Assembly: GCA_025558095.1 (NCBI GenBank)
Contig: JAIVFI010000007.1
Coordinates: 124,001 to 188,000 of the forward strand
Direction of reading: 5' to 3'
DNA: 64,000 nucleotides
DNA from: Hyaloraphidium curvatum SAG 235-1
Lineage: Eukaryota; Fungi; Monoblepharomycota
The notes under the pieces were generated by a model. It saw nothing but the letters and a program-made list of their open reading frames with translations. It searched no databases and was not told the DNA's origin. This document shows positions 1 to 11,463 of the stretch, in pieces. The stretch's first letter is position 1; each line of letters starts with the position of its first letter. The translations under genes were made by a program, and so were the position numbers.

Positions 1-957
1 CTTCGCTTCTCGGTTGTGGCGCAAGCGTGTCGAAGGGGTCGTCGAAGCGGCTCTGTCTGCGGCAAAGTAAGGTCGTCGGTGCTGCTTATGGGACTTACGA
101 CAAGTTGCTCATTTCACCATTGCAGGTTTAGCCCGGACAGGCTCGCAATGGACCTGATGGTGCTCGAGGGCATGACGGGCAAAGCCGTTTCCGCGCAGCG
201 CTTTCTCGACCTCGTCGGCATCACGAAGGAGTCGGACTTCCTGGCCTTTCTTACCGTCTACTTCTTCAAGTGCCAGCCCACCTTCAGCTGCCGACGCCTG
301 GCCGAGTTCATCGCCGCCAACCGCGGCCGCACCTCCGTGGACAACATGCTGCAGCGAACCATCGACAGGGGCAGGAAGTTCGGGTTCATACTGGAAGGCC
401 TCGCCGCCGTCCGCTTCTACGGGACCCTCATCTTCGAAGGAGCGTTCGAGGGCGACAGGTTCCACGACCCCGTGCGCCGTCTGGCCTACCGCCATCTCCT
501 CGGTGCCGAAGCCTTCGCCGACAGGTGGTTCCAGCCCGATGGACCCGGCCTCCAGGCAATCATCGAAACCGTAAAGACCTCCTGGAACACCACCTTTGGG
601 ATCGGCATCGACCTCGCCTACCGGGAAGCATGCTTCGTCAAGCACTGCCTCGTCAACGGGATGCACGCGCTGGCTATCCTGGAACCCGCTTGCGACGTCG
701 AACGCGCTTTCACCGTGTGGGAGAAGCTCAAGAAGATCGTCAAGACCGCGCTCGAACAGTTTGGGGAGGGGGTGGACGTGGATCTGGTGGCAGTAGCATG
801 CATGGACGTCCTGGAGGACTTCCTCTCGGGAGATTGGGCCGACTCGGAGTACCCCTACAAGTCGTCGGATTTCAATCAGCGCCCAGCAATGCAGGCCGCC
901 GTGGCTGCCGGTGTTGGTTCGAAAAAGGCCGTCCCCAGGCCTCTGTGGGCCCGCTGA
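1..957 (+). CDS. 3' part of an uncharacterised protein gene (probably begins before the window)
   Basis: Open frame to TGA at 955-957 with GC3-biased codons from about 127; probable intron 67-126 (gtaagg...ttgcag); no recognisable motif. Confidence 0.55.
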   Translation, partial: LRFSVVAQACRRGRRSGSVCGKVRSSVLLMGLTTSCSFHHCRFSPDRLAMDLMVLEGMTGKAVSAQRFLDLVGITKESDFLAFLTVYFFKCQPTFSCRRLAEFIAANRGRTSVDNMLQRTIDRGRKFGFILEGLAAVRFYGTLIFEGAFEGDRFHDPVRRLAYRHLLGAEAFADRWFQPDGPGLQAIIETVKTSWNTTFGIGIDLAYREACFVKHCLVNGMHALAILEPACDVERAFTVWEKLKKIVKTALEQFGEGVDVDLVAVACMDVLEDFLSGDWADSEYPYKSSDFNQRPAMQAAVAAGVGSKKAVPRPLWAR

Positions 958-1198
958 ACATCAACAGACGATCGAAAGCGCTTCCTGACCCGAAGCGGTG
1001 ATGGCCACCTCCGCTGCCTTGCCGTTCAAGATCTTTGGCAGCTGCTACACGGACTTGTCGACGAAACGGGGCCAGCCTATGTTCGGATTCAGCCCTGACT
1101 CGATTATGTATCACCGTTCTTGAGCTTGTTGAAGATATTCCTATTCTTTTGCGTAATGGTATGTACAAGAACGCAGCTGCGGCAAATCGATGGTCCGA

Positions 1199-2540
1199 TC
1201 ACTGCTCCTGAGGCTTTATGACCGCGCGACCGACGATCTTGCCGGCCTAGAAGGCAAGCGGAGCGCGAAGTTAACCACCGAAATGCGGCAACTACACAAC
1301 ACGACACGCACCCCGAGCTCCTTGAGGATCTCGTTCGCCTCCTCGAGCTTCCGCTTGCTGATCGGGATCGGGTCCAGCTTCCCGTCGCTGGCCAGCTTCG
1401 CCAGCTCCTGCAGCTCCCCCAGCGTCCCCGTCCCGTGCCCCTGCAGCGTCCATCCCATTACGAGCATGGTGACAGGGATCGTGGCGAGCCCGCCAAAGAG
1501 GCCGACGACGGTGAGGGTGGCCCCGCCGAGGCGGAGCATGGGTGCGGCGGCCTGGACCGAGGCGCCGGCGCCGACAAAGTCGATGATGCGGGCGAAACCG
1601 CCGCCGGGAGCTGCGTGTGCCGCGGCGATCGTTAGCCGGAAACGATGGTGAGGTGTGCATCACTACTCGCTGAAGGATTCGGCGGCGCGCCTTTGGAGCT
1701 CCTCGGGGTTCGATGCGTCGATTACCTCCCCCGCCCCAGCGTCCAGAGCCGCCTGTCTCTTCTTGGGGTCGATGTCCGCGACCGTGGGCTTGTAGTCGGG
1801 GAAGAGCGCCTTGACGATCCTGATGGCCTGCAAGCCCAGACCGCCGGCGCCGAATATGCACAGCCTGTTGTTCTCGTCGAACTTCTCCCCCGGCAGCCCC
1901 ACCAGCGACTTCTTGATGGCCCCGTAGGCAGTGAGCCCCGAGCACGCCAGCGTGCAGGCGAACTCCTCCGTGATCCCCGAGTAGGGCACGAGGTACTTGG
2001 CCCGCGGCACCAGGCAGTGCGTGCTGAACCCGCCGTCGATGGCGCACCCGAGGTAGCGCGAGCCGTTGGGGCACTGCTGCAGCCCGGCCTCGCATGCGGC
2101 GCAGTCGGTCTTGCCGCAGCCTCCCCACGGCCATGCGATGTAGGATTTGCCGATCTCGATGCCCTTCGCGTCCGGGCCGACGGCGACGACGGATCCCACT
2201 ATTTCATGGCCCATTGCCAAATCTTTGTCCGCCATCCCGATCAGGGAGTAGGGGAGCTTCATTGTGCCCATGTCCATGGTGCCCTCGTGGATGTGGATGT
2301 CGCTGGGGGCCAGTCAGCGGGGTCTGCTACGTGCAAACGCCAGCCCACCTGTGGCACACGCCCGCCGACGTAACTTTGATCAGGACTTCGTCGCCTTTGG
2401 GGACGGGCAGGTCTTCCTCTACCCGCTTCAGGGGCTGGCCCACTGTGCGCAAGGGGGCGGCGGGCATTCAATGATGCCCTCCCCGGGCTGGACTCGTGCA
2501 AAGGACCTGCGGGGAACTTCTGCGACACTTTCTTGCTCAT
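1199..2540 (-). CDS. Zn-dependent alcohol dehydrogenase (MDR family), spliced
   Basis: GVCH|SD, GHE, structural-Zn CGKTDCAAC...C, GAGGLG Rossmann motif; spliced ends MSKKVSQKFPA|VGQ and ELG|AGKIVGRAVIKPQEQ*. Confidence 0.9.
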
Positions 2541-2794
2541 GTTTGGCGGGCGATGACGCACGATTCGGCGGGTGCTCGTTCGGGGCGGTTTGCTGGGTCT
2601 GGGAGACAGTACGGAGGTTTTCAGGTAACTTTCCCCCGCGGAACGGTGGAACGCGCCACTTGCCGGTTTCAAACTTGCATGCCCTCCCAAATTACGCACA
2701 GAGAATGGAACGGCTGCAACGATCGGTGCGATTCGTGTCCTCGCACTCGTTAGATGGCGGGGAATACACGGGACCACCGCCCCCTCCGCAGGCG

Positions 2795-4123
2795 CTACAG
2801 GTCCAGATCCGCGATCACCCCCTCCACCTCCTGCCCATCCAGCAGCCTCCTTAGCTGCGCGGCGAACCTGTCCACGAAGGCGATGCCCGAGGCCTGGCTG
2901 GCCCAGCTGATGTGCGGGGTGAGAAGGACGCGGTCGGCGGGGAGGAGGAGGAGCGGGGAGCCGTGCGGGAGGGGTTCGGGGTTGAAGACGTCCTGCGGAT
3001 GGCGGAGGTGTCAGGGACGGGCAGGGCAGGGGCGGTGCGGGGGCAGGAGCCCACCAAGGCGGCGCCGGAGAGGTGGCCCGAGTTGATGGCGGCGCAGAGG
3101 TCGTCGTCGTCGATGATCTCGCCGCGGGCGATGTTGACGACGTAGCAGCCCCTCTTGAGCTTCGAGAGGAGGTCCTTGTTGACGAGCTTCTTGGTCGCCG
3201 CCGTCAAGGGCGAGCTGATGACGAGGTAGTCGGCCTGAAGACAACAGGAGAAGTCAGCAATGTGGCTCGTTGCCAGAGCGCGGGCCAACCACCTCCGGCA
3301 GGTACTCCTTCCACTTGTCGTCGCCGACCAGCACGTCGCACGTCCCCGCGGCATCAATCTCCGTGTTCCTCCTCACCCCAATGACCCGCATCCCAAACGC
3401 CTTGCACCTCCTCCCGACCTCCATCCCGATCCCCCCGAAACCATAAACGACCACCGTCGCCCCATCCAACGACATCATCGTGGGGGCGATCTCCCTCGTC
3501 CCCCTGCGCCACCAGTTCTTGCCGTTGGCGTCGTCCTCGCCCCCCGCCGCGGGCTTGGGCGACGCCTGGTGCGCCGTCACCCGCTTGGCGTGGAACAGCA
3601 TCGCCATCACGACGAACTCGGAGATGGGCACCGCGGTGCCGCCGGGGGTGTTTGTGAGCACCGTCCGCCCCGCCGGGAGGGCCGATAGGTAGGACAGGTC
3701 GACCTTCTGCCGCGGCGGTGGGGCCAGCAGCCGGCCGCGGATCCCGGCGGAGCGCAGGATAAAGTCGACGCCGGCCGAGGGCGAGTGGAACCACCGCACT
3801 TTGGGCGCGCCGGCGAGCACGCGCTCCGAGATGGCGGCGGGGGTGCCGTCGGCCCGGACGTAGACGAGGGCGTCGTTAAGCAGCGCGGCGTCCTTGCCGT
3901 CCACCGGCTCCCCTCGCGGCGTCAACTGCACGGCTCTGAAGCGTGGCACGAGGTCGGCGTGGTGCGATTGGATCCGGGAGTAGAAGTTGGCGGGCAGAAG
4001 AACAATAGGGGTGTCCCCCGCGGCGCCCGACGTGCGGCACGCGTCCAGCGGCGCAGACAGCGCATCGGGCGTTGCGATCGCGGCATCGAGGTGCGCAGAG
4101 AGCTGGGCGACGCGTCGGAGCAT
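2795..4123 (-). CDS. D-isomer-specific 2-hydroxyacid dehydrogenase, spliced
   Basis: SAGVD, YGFGGIG, PLTAATKKL, VNIARG, AAL|DVF..EP, TPHIS. Confidence 0.9.
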
Positions 4124-4271
4124 CGCGATGGTTGACAAGAAGGAGGCTCCGAACGATTCAGCCGCCGGGATCGGCGACGTTGTAGCACTCTCGCGCTGTC
4201 AAATCGAGGGGCGGGTATAAGCGGACCTTCATTTCCAGCAACTAGGACCTCTATCTATTGCTCCAAATAAT

Positions 4272-5681
4272 CTAGATCCTCGCCCTGCCCGGGTTGATCG
4301 GATCCATGAACCCGACGTTCGGCTTGGGCCTGTACTCCTTCTCCAGCGCCGCGATCTCCTCCTTGGTCAGCTTCAGCGCCGTCGCCCTGCACGCGTCGTC
4401 GATGTACGTCGTCTTGCTGCACCCCACGATCGGGCTCGCCACGAACGGCTTCGAGAGGGACCACGCCAGCGCCACCGTCGCCTGCTTCTCGCCCCGCGCC
4501 TCGGCGACCTTCTGCAGGGCGTCCAGCGTCTTGCCGACGTCGGGGAGACGGAGCATGCCCGAGAACTCGTTCTTCTTCTCGCGGAGGGTGGCGCGGTTCA
4601 GGCCGCCGAGGAGGCCGCCGGCGAGGGGGGACCAGGGGACTGGAGGCACGGTCAGCAGCGAGCACGGGCTGGAAACGAGGGGAGACCCACTCATGCCGAC
4701 GCCCCACTCCTCACACACGGGCACCATCTCCCGCTCCTCGTTGCGGTAGATCAGGTTGTGCAGGTTCTGCATCGACACGAACGGCGTCCAGCCGTTCATC
4801 TTGGCGATGAACTGCATCTTTTGGAACTGGTGCGCCCACATGGACGAGGCCCCCAGGTAGCGCACCTTGCCCGACCGGACGAGGTCGTGCAGCGCGAGCA
4901 TGGTCTCCTCGACGGGGGTGTCGTAGTCGAAGCGGTGGATCTGGCTGTCGGCAACCCACGATCAGCGTCGAAGCCGGCACAGCGGACGGCCGTGCCCACT
5001 AGAGGTCGATGTAGTCCGTCCCCAGCCTCTTCAGGCTGTGTTCGACCTCCTGCATGATGGCCTTGCGGCTCAGCCCGCCCGGTCCGCCGCGGTTGGTGTG
5101 CTCCAGGGCCTTGGGGAAGCCCTGGCCGAAGTGGCGCCGGCCGGGGGTCTCGGGGAACACGGAGTTGTAGACCTTGGTCGCGATGACGAGCCGGTCGCGG
5201 TCCAGCTGGTACTTCTTGATGGCGTTGCCGAGGATGATCTCGGACTGCCCGTTCGAGTAGACCTGTCGCCGTTGCGCGTCAGCGACCGACAAACGCCAAG
5301 GAAGGCAGGGGGGAGACGGACGTTGGCAGTGTCATGGAAATTTATACCCCGGTCGTGCGCGTACTTGATCAGCGGCAGCGCCGCGTCCTCCTCGAGGACC
5401 CAGTTGTCCCATTTGGACGATCCGTAGGACATGTGCCCGAGGCATATCCGCGAGACCTGCAGGCCGGTGCTGCCCAGGCGCGTGTACTGCGCCCGCACAC
5501 CGCGCCAGGTCGAGAACAACGGCCCGAAGCACCGCGTTGGTAAGCAGCGGCGCGGGCGTGGTGGGAGCAGGCGATGCGGCACGGGAGACATGAACGTCCT
5601 CTCCGCAAGAATCGGCGGGGAACCCACGGTCATCGGCGGCACCGACGCATCGGTCTCCGCGGTGTGGTTGATGTCGAGCAT
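4272..5681 (-). CDS. Aldo-keto reductase (aryl-alcohol dehydrogenase/YajO-like), spliced
   Basis: [23 protein letters not shown]|[43 protein letters not shown]. Confidence 0.92.
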
Positions 5682-5854
5682 CTTTGGCGGCGGTTTCCGC
5701 GGTCCTGCACGCGGTACTGGCGGTGCTTTATGCCGCGGCGGGTAATGTTTGGACGGGCCGCGCCGATCGCGTCTCCCAGACGTAGCGCCGTCACCGTTGC
5801 CTCTTCCGGGGGCCATTCGCGCCTCTTTGCCCGATCCGACATCGAAAAGTCTTC

Positions 5855-7153
5855 ATGATGTCCTCCGCGATCGACCGCCTCCGCGCCGCGCTCCCCTCCC
5901 TCGCCCTTTACCTCCACCCGGCCCCCGAATACGCCGACTCGACCGCGGTGTACAACCTCCGCACCCGCCCCGCCGCGATGCCGCTCGCCGTCGCGTGGCC
6001 GACCTCCGCGTCGCAGCTCGCCGATCTCGCGCGTGTGTGCGGGGAACTGGGCCTCGGACGGCCGGGGATCCGCTCGGGGGGCACGGACGTCTCGTCGAGC
6101 TGCCTGCGATCGCAGGTGATGGCGGACCTTTCTCCGGGCTTGCGGGGGTTCGATATCGTTGCCGCGGAGGGCAAGGCGGTGGCGAGGTTCGGGGGGGGAT
6201 GCCGGCTCGTGGATCTGCAGGACAGGGCGCGGCACGATGTCCCCGGCGGGCCGCACGTGGCGGCGGTGGCCACCTGGCCCGCCCTGGGTGCGGGGTCGAT
6301 CGTGAATGCGTGCGGGTACGGGAACCTCTCGCGGACGTACGGGCTCGCCGTGGAGAATCTGGTGGCGGCGGAGGTGGTGATGCAGGACGGCTCCGCGTTG
6401 CGGACGTCCCCCACCGAGCGGCCGGACCTGTGGGCGAGGCTGGTCCGCCCGCCGTGGGACGAGCCCGAGGGGGGGATGCTCTGCGCCGCGGAGCTGGAGA
6501 TGCGGCTGCACCCGCTGGGGGAGGCGTACTGCGGGCAGGTGGCCTTCTCGGTGCCGGCGGCGGACCTGGAACGGCTGCTCGCGATGTGGGGGGACGCGTT
6601 TCCGGTTTCGTCGCCGCGGGAGATCAACACCGCCCTGCGGCTGTACCACACGGCTGAGGGCACGCCCGCGGCGCTCTTCACCTTCCTCGCGGCCCCCGCA
6701 CCCCAGGGGGTGCCGGACAACCTCGCCGCTGCCAGGGCGGCGATCGACGCGTTCCTCGCCGCCGCCAACGCGCGGTTCCCGCGGGTGCGGGGGACTCCCT
6801 GGGACGCGCGGCCGGGGATGCGGCAGGCCGCCGAGTTCGAGCAGACGGCGTGGCGGCTGCCGGGGGTGCTGCCCGTGGGGATCAGGCAGGAGGTGCGTAT
6901 CGAGTACGTGCCGATGGAGATCGACGCGTCCGAGGGGGCGCGCAGGCAGCTTTGGGACAAGGTTGCGGGCGCATTCCGGGGGATGCCGGGGTGCGCGAGG
7001 CCTCTTTCGGTCATCTACGTCAACCTGGCGGCGATCCCGGGGTGCACGACGCCGCCGTTTGCCGGGGCAGCCTACGAGATCATCTACAATGTCCGGTGGC
7101 GGGATGAGGGTGACGACGAGCAGGCAATGGCGTGGATCGCGGGCCTGCAATAG
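5855..7153 (+). CDS. FAD-linked oxidoreductase (PCMH/BBE-like), intronless, divergent
   Basis: P..VAWP, IRSGG, GYGNLSRTYGLAVENLVAAEVV..DG, PDLWA. Confidence 0.75.
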   Translation: MMSSAIDRLRAALPSLALYLHPAPEYADSTAVYNLRTRPAAMPLAVAWPTSASQLADLARVCGELGLGRPGIRSGGTDVSSSCLRSQVMADLSPGLRGFDIVAAEGKAVARFGGGCRLVDLQDRARHDVPGGPHVAAVATWPALGAGSIVNACGYGNLSRTYGLAVENLVAAEVVMQDGSALRTSPTERPDLWARLVRPPWDEPEGGMLCAAELEMRLHPLGEAYCGQVAFSVPAADLERLLAMWGDAFPVSSPREINTALRLYHTAEGTPAALFTFLAAPAPQGVPDNLAAARAAIDAFLAAANARFPRVRGTPWDARPGMRQAAEFEQTAWRLPGVLPVGIRQEVRIEYVPMEIDASEGARRQLWDKVAGAFRGMPGCARPLSVIYVNLAAIPGCTTPPFAGAAYEIIYNVRWRDEGDDEQAMAWIAGLQ

Positions 7154-7430
7154 TGTTGTGACTCAGCGCGCCGATAGAAATCCGAGCACCGCGGCGCCCT
7201 CCCGAGCGGTCACGCAAATGCAACGCGGCACGAGGATTCCAAGCTCTCGGGGACGCCGGATCCGTCGGGGTTCCGCAGCACGGATTCGAGGGATCCCCGA
7301 TCGCATTCCCTTTTGGGTGGGTTCGGGAGTAATGAGGGACCGCGGCGCTGCGCCTCGGGCGGCGACGGCAGCTTTTGACTACCCTGTGGTTCGCCTGCCT
7401 GAGTGCCGGCCGCGGACCCGCCGACCCGCG

Positions 7431-8954
7431 ATGCGCTGGCCGGTGGTTGCCCTGATGCTGGCGGTGGCGCTGGCGGGCCGGCCGGGGGCGTGTGCGCCGC
7501 TGGGCGCGGTGCCGACGGGCGGCGGCCCTGCGGCGGGCACTGCTCACCCCGGCCAGCTGGCCCGCCGGACGCCTTCCGACCATTTTTCCCCGGCTAATTC
7601 CGACATTCTGCCCCGCGTGGGGGCGCTCCCGCCGCGGCTGGGCGCGCGCCAGCTGGGCAGCCCGCTGTCGCCCAACATCGCCGGCGGCAGCCCCGTCCGC
7701 AACCCCGCGGCGTACAACGCCTTCCTCGCCGTCGTCCTCTTCGACGGCGCTTTCTACTGCGGCGGCGCGCTCATCGCCCCGAACGTGCTGCTGACCGCCG
7801 GCCACTGCACCTTCGACGGCACCGCGTCGATCGCCCCCTCGCGGCTGCGGGTCGCCACCCACCGGACAAACCTGCTCTACACCACGGCGCAGGAGGGCGG
7901 CAACGAGTACGCCGTGACGCAGGTTCTGCGCAACCCGCGGTTCGAGTGGGACTTTTACGCCGGGCTGTACGCCGACGTCGCGCTGCTCGTGCTGGGGCGG
8001 CGCACCGTGTCGGGCGGCAAGCGCGACGCCGTGGTGGCGTACAATACCAACCCTGCCGTTCCCGCCGTGGGCAGCCGGACGACGGTCGCGGGGTACGGCT
8101 CCGTGGACCGCGGCGGGCCCATCAACGCGGTGCTCTACGAGCTCAACATGACGGTGCTCGCCAACGACGTGTGCGACAGCGCGCACGGGATCACCGTGCG
8201 CGAGAGCGAGATCTGTGCCGGCACGCCCCGCACCAGCACCTGCTCGGGGGATTCCGGGGGCCCGCTGCTGCAGCGCGTCAACGGCACGCTGACGCTCGTC
8301 GGCGCCGTGAGCATGGGGCCGAGCGTGTGCGCAAACCAGGCCGTCGAGTACCCCAACATCTTTTCCCGCGTGAGCTACGTCGCCGACTGGATCCGGAGGG
8401 TCGTTGCCGCGAACGCACCCAGGGCGTGGGTTGAACAACGCCGTCTATCCCCCGCCTTCGTGCTGACTCCTCCACTTTCTTGCAGCCCCGTCGCCACGGG
8501 CACCTTCCTCATCACCGCCCGCCCCGGTGCCCGCCCCAACTACTCGGGCCCCGCGCGCTTCGGGTTCTCCGTCTCGTGCACCGCCCGCGGGCAGCCGTGC
8601 ACCCTCGCTGCCGCCGGCGCCGCGTTCCAGGCCACCGCACCCGCCGGGCCCGGCGCCGCACCGAGCGAGCTAGCGAGCTTCGCGCGCTGCCCCGCCACCG
8701 GGGCGCGGACATGCCTGGCCGTCGGCAGCCTCCGCAACGGCACGCGGATCGTCACCTCGGCCGCATGCACCACCGCATCCACACAGCGGTTCGCACCCGT
8801 CCCGTGGCCGGGCGACGCCGCGGGGCGCTACAGGCTGCGCACGGCGGCGGGGCTGTGCGTGGGCGCGGCGGGTGGGGGCGCGCTGGTGCCCGTGGCGTGC
8901 AACGGGACGGGCGCGCTGCCCTTCTCGTTCGGGAGCGCGGGGAGGGCATGCTGA
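7431..8954 (+). CDS. Secreted S1 (trypsin/chymotrypsin-fold) serine protease with C-terminal ricin-B-like Cys domain
   Basis: Signal peptide MRWPVVALMLAVALAG; IAGG mature start; CGGALI, LTAGHC, ADVAL, TCSGDSGGP; one probable intron near 8425-8484. Confidence 0.9.
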   Translation: MRWPVVALMLAVALAGRPGACAPLGAVPTGGGPAAGTAHPGQLARRTPSDHFSPANSDILPRVGALPPRLGARQLGSPLSPNIAGGSPVRNPAAYNAFLAVVLFDGAFYCGGALIAPNVLLTAGHCTFDGTASIAPSRLRVATHRTNLLYTTAQEGGNEYAVTQVLRNPRFEWDFYAGLYADVALLVLGRRTVSGGKRDAVVAYNTNPAVPAVGSRTTVAGYGSVDRGGPINAVLYELNMTVLANDVCDSAHGITVRESEICAGTPRTSTCSGDSGGPLLQRVNGTLTLVGAVSMGPSVCANQAVEYPNIFSRVSYVADWIRRVVAANAPRAWVEQRRLSPAFVLTPPLSCSPVATGTFLITARPGARPNYSGPARFGFSVSCTARGQPCTLAAAGAAFQATAPAGPGAAPSELASFARCPATGARTCLAVGSLRNGTRIVTSAACTTASTQRFAPVPWPGDAAGRYRLRTAAGLCVGAAGGGALVPVACNGTGALPFSFGSAGRAC

Positions 8955-9730
8955 GGTGCGGTAGCGCCGCAGATTCATGGTCTCGCGTGCACATGTAATG
9001 TAAGATCTGCGTCCATACCTTATTCGAACTGCATGCCGCTGGAGATCCTTTGCGTTCGGATGCACTTTCTCGGCGCATGACAAGGTGTCCGTGTTCTATG
9101 GCTAACCTTCAAGAGCCACAAAAGTCGCACTCAAGACCACTTCCTGTACACGTCCTTGTGGCCGCCCCACGCCGCGCGCTGGCGCATCCGACCCCGCACT
9201 AGCGCGTGACCTGGCAGCCCGAGGACCTGAGGAGCGCCTCACTCGGCATCGGCACCGCATCGGTCGCAGCGCGAATGGATCGGGCGCGCCGCGATCCTCG
9301 CGCTCTGGGCGGCGGGCAGCGCCGCGGGAAAGATCAGCTGGGGTTCGACGGCGCTCCCACTGGCCCTCGACGCCGTGTGGCTGGGGCTCGTTTACAGGGC
9401 GCTCTCGGCTGAAGGGCAAAACATCTTCTGAAGGTGTCACCCCCTGCAAACTTCGACCTCCCGGCACCCGGAGGAGAGGCAGCGAGGCCAAGATGGGTAT
9501 GAAAGAAGGGCGTTGGATCGCGCGCCCTTCCGAATCCCCGCGAGTCTCGAACATGACGTGGCGATCGGTGCCTTAGGTTCCCACCGTAGCCATCGATGTG
9601 GACCACTGGCACTGAAATCAAATTGCATTTTGAGCAATCTTGGATGCGAAGAGAGGAGAATTCACCTGCTCACCCTGGTGACCGAAGACGCAACCGTCGT
9701 ACTCAACACGTCCGAACAACCGCATTTACG

Positions 9731-10398
9731 ATGGCCACGAGCCCTCTCACCGCAGAGCCAAACGTCGTCTCGCAGATCTTGGAGGAAGTGAAACGCCAGC
9801 TTGTCCTCCTCGGGCCCGCCGTGCAGACGCTTGCGGCGGCCCGACCAAAGGGCGCCGTTGGGCCGTCCGGCCGCCCGGCAGCATCGGAACCTTGCGTCGA
9901 AGTCCTCTCTGCGTCGTGTACAACGCGACCGAAGACGAACTACCGGAACGCCTAGCGGGGCTGATTACTGCCAGCAACTCGGTCGTTCCATCAGTGCTAG
10001 AAAACGGCAGGTGCTGGAGGCGCCACTGCGCCCGGAGCAGCGGACCCTCTGCGGCATCTGTCTTCGTCGGCGTCGTCAGCGCACTTTGCACGGCCGTGGA
10101 AATCAGGTACCCAGAGGACGAGATGCGGCAGCGGGACGCCAAGCAACTCCGCACGTTCTCCGGCGTGATCTCGCGCGTCGCGCTCGGAGGCACGGAACCG
10201 GAGACCGGTGCCGAGTTTATGGCCCAGCTCCGCCGAAGATTCGACCTCGGCCATATTCCTGACAGCTGCGATCGGTGCGGAACCGAGGCGGAGGGGCTTC
10301 TCCGCTGCTCGGGATGCCGCGTCACACGCTACTGCGTAACCGACTGCCAGAGGGCCGCCTGGAAGGACCATAGGGACTTTTGCAGGGAATGGCATTGA
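9731..10398 (+). CDS. MYND zinc-finger protein, frameshifted near 9850 (possible pseudogene)
   Basis: C-terminal CDRC...CSGC..TRYC..DCQ..AWKDH..FC; the ATG frame at 9731 differs from the MYND frame and no clear intron joins them. Confidence 0.7.
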
Positions 10399-10466
10399 CC
10401 AGCAGAAGAGAGAGCACGGACAACTAGATCCCGCATCGACGATCGCTACATCTGCCTCCTGGTTCC

Positions 10467-10670
10467 CTACCAATAGTCGTCATCACTGTCCGAATCATCG
10501 CTCCCCCAGCCCCCCCTGTAGCTGTTCGGACCATCGCTCTCCCAGCTCCCCCTGTCCGACAGCTCAACATCCGCGCCGCCACGAATCTTGATCCAGCGTC
10601 CGTCGTCGTAGACGCACATTCCCGGCTTCGAGTCCAAGGGCACAACCAGCACCCTCGTGATCCCCGCCTC
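10467..10670 (-). pseudogene. Orphan 3' gene fragment with acidic tail
   Basis: TRVLVVPLDSKPGMCVYDDGRWIKI...SDDSDSDDDYW*; no convincing upstream exon; abuts repeat copy 1. Confidence 0.35.
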
Positions 10671-11370
10671 CTTGCCACAGGACACCTCTCACCGTCGACG
10701 TTTTCGGCTCCCCCATGCTGTTGATCGTGGCTGCCGCTGCATGCCGCGGCGTTTGGCTGTGGATATCGAGGTGGGGTCGGCCGGATCTTGGCGGTAGCTC
10801 TGCGGAGGCGTTATGATCGTCATGTGCCCCACAGATTCTCATCAACGATCCTCGATGCGGTCGAAGAAGATCGCAAGTGGACGCGGGAGGCAATGCCGGC
10901 GCGGACGGACGAACGGACCGCTTGCAATTGACGGGCTTCGCAGGTGGGGTGCCTCTGTGCTGGTCGCGGGAAATCCTGCGCGACCAGGCCTCATTGAATC
11001 TCCACAGACGTTCCACGGCGCGAGGAGATCCGAAGCTGAGCGCGGCTCTGGCAGGGGATCGGGCCTGGCGGCAGCTGAGGTGGGCAGGACTGCGGGCCTG
11101 CCCGGTTGACTTCGGATCGGCCTGACGGCTTCCGGAACGGCCTTTTCCCACAGGGCGCTGGTCCTGTTGGCGACGGACGTTGGACGGCGGGGACCACTTG
11201 GAGCAAGCGGAGCGAGTCGGCGCAGAGACGAGTGAGCTACAGCTCGAAGCCATCCGAACGGCTAGGGAACGAATAGGAATAGGTAGGCTCGAATCGTTTG
11301 CACCGCTCGGCTCTAGTGCTGGCCGCCGCCTCCGCCACTTGGGATCGCCCTCCGGGCCGCACTGGGGTCC
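10670..11370 (+). repeat. Diverged repeat of about 700 bp, copy 1
   Basis: Collinear blocks shared with 14995-15718, e.g. AACGATCCTCGATGCG, GACGGGCTTCGCAGGTGGGG, GACCACTTGGAGCAAGCGGA, GAATAGGTAGGCTCGAATCGTTTGCACCGCTC. Confidence 0.9.
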
Positions 11371-11463
11371 TATTACTGCCTTCCATGTGGGACCCATGGG
11401 CCCAACGAGGAGCGTTTTCCGGTTGTCGTTCCCATTGACTTCTACGACGTCAATCCGGCCACG

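Noticed and set aside
5630-7150. Long antisense or off-frame ORFs (5630-7150, 37434-38864, 55391-57313, 62053-63531 and many others)
   Set aside because: Arg/Pro/Gly-rich shadows of real genes, expected in high-GC DNA
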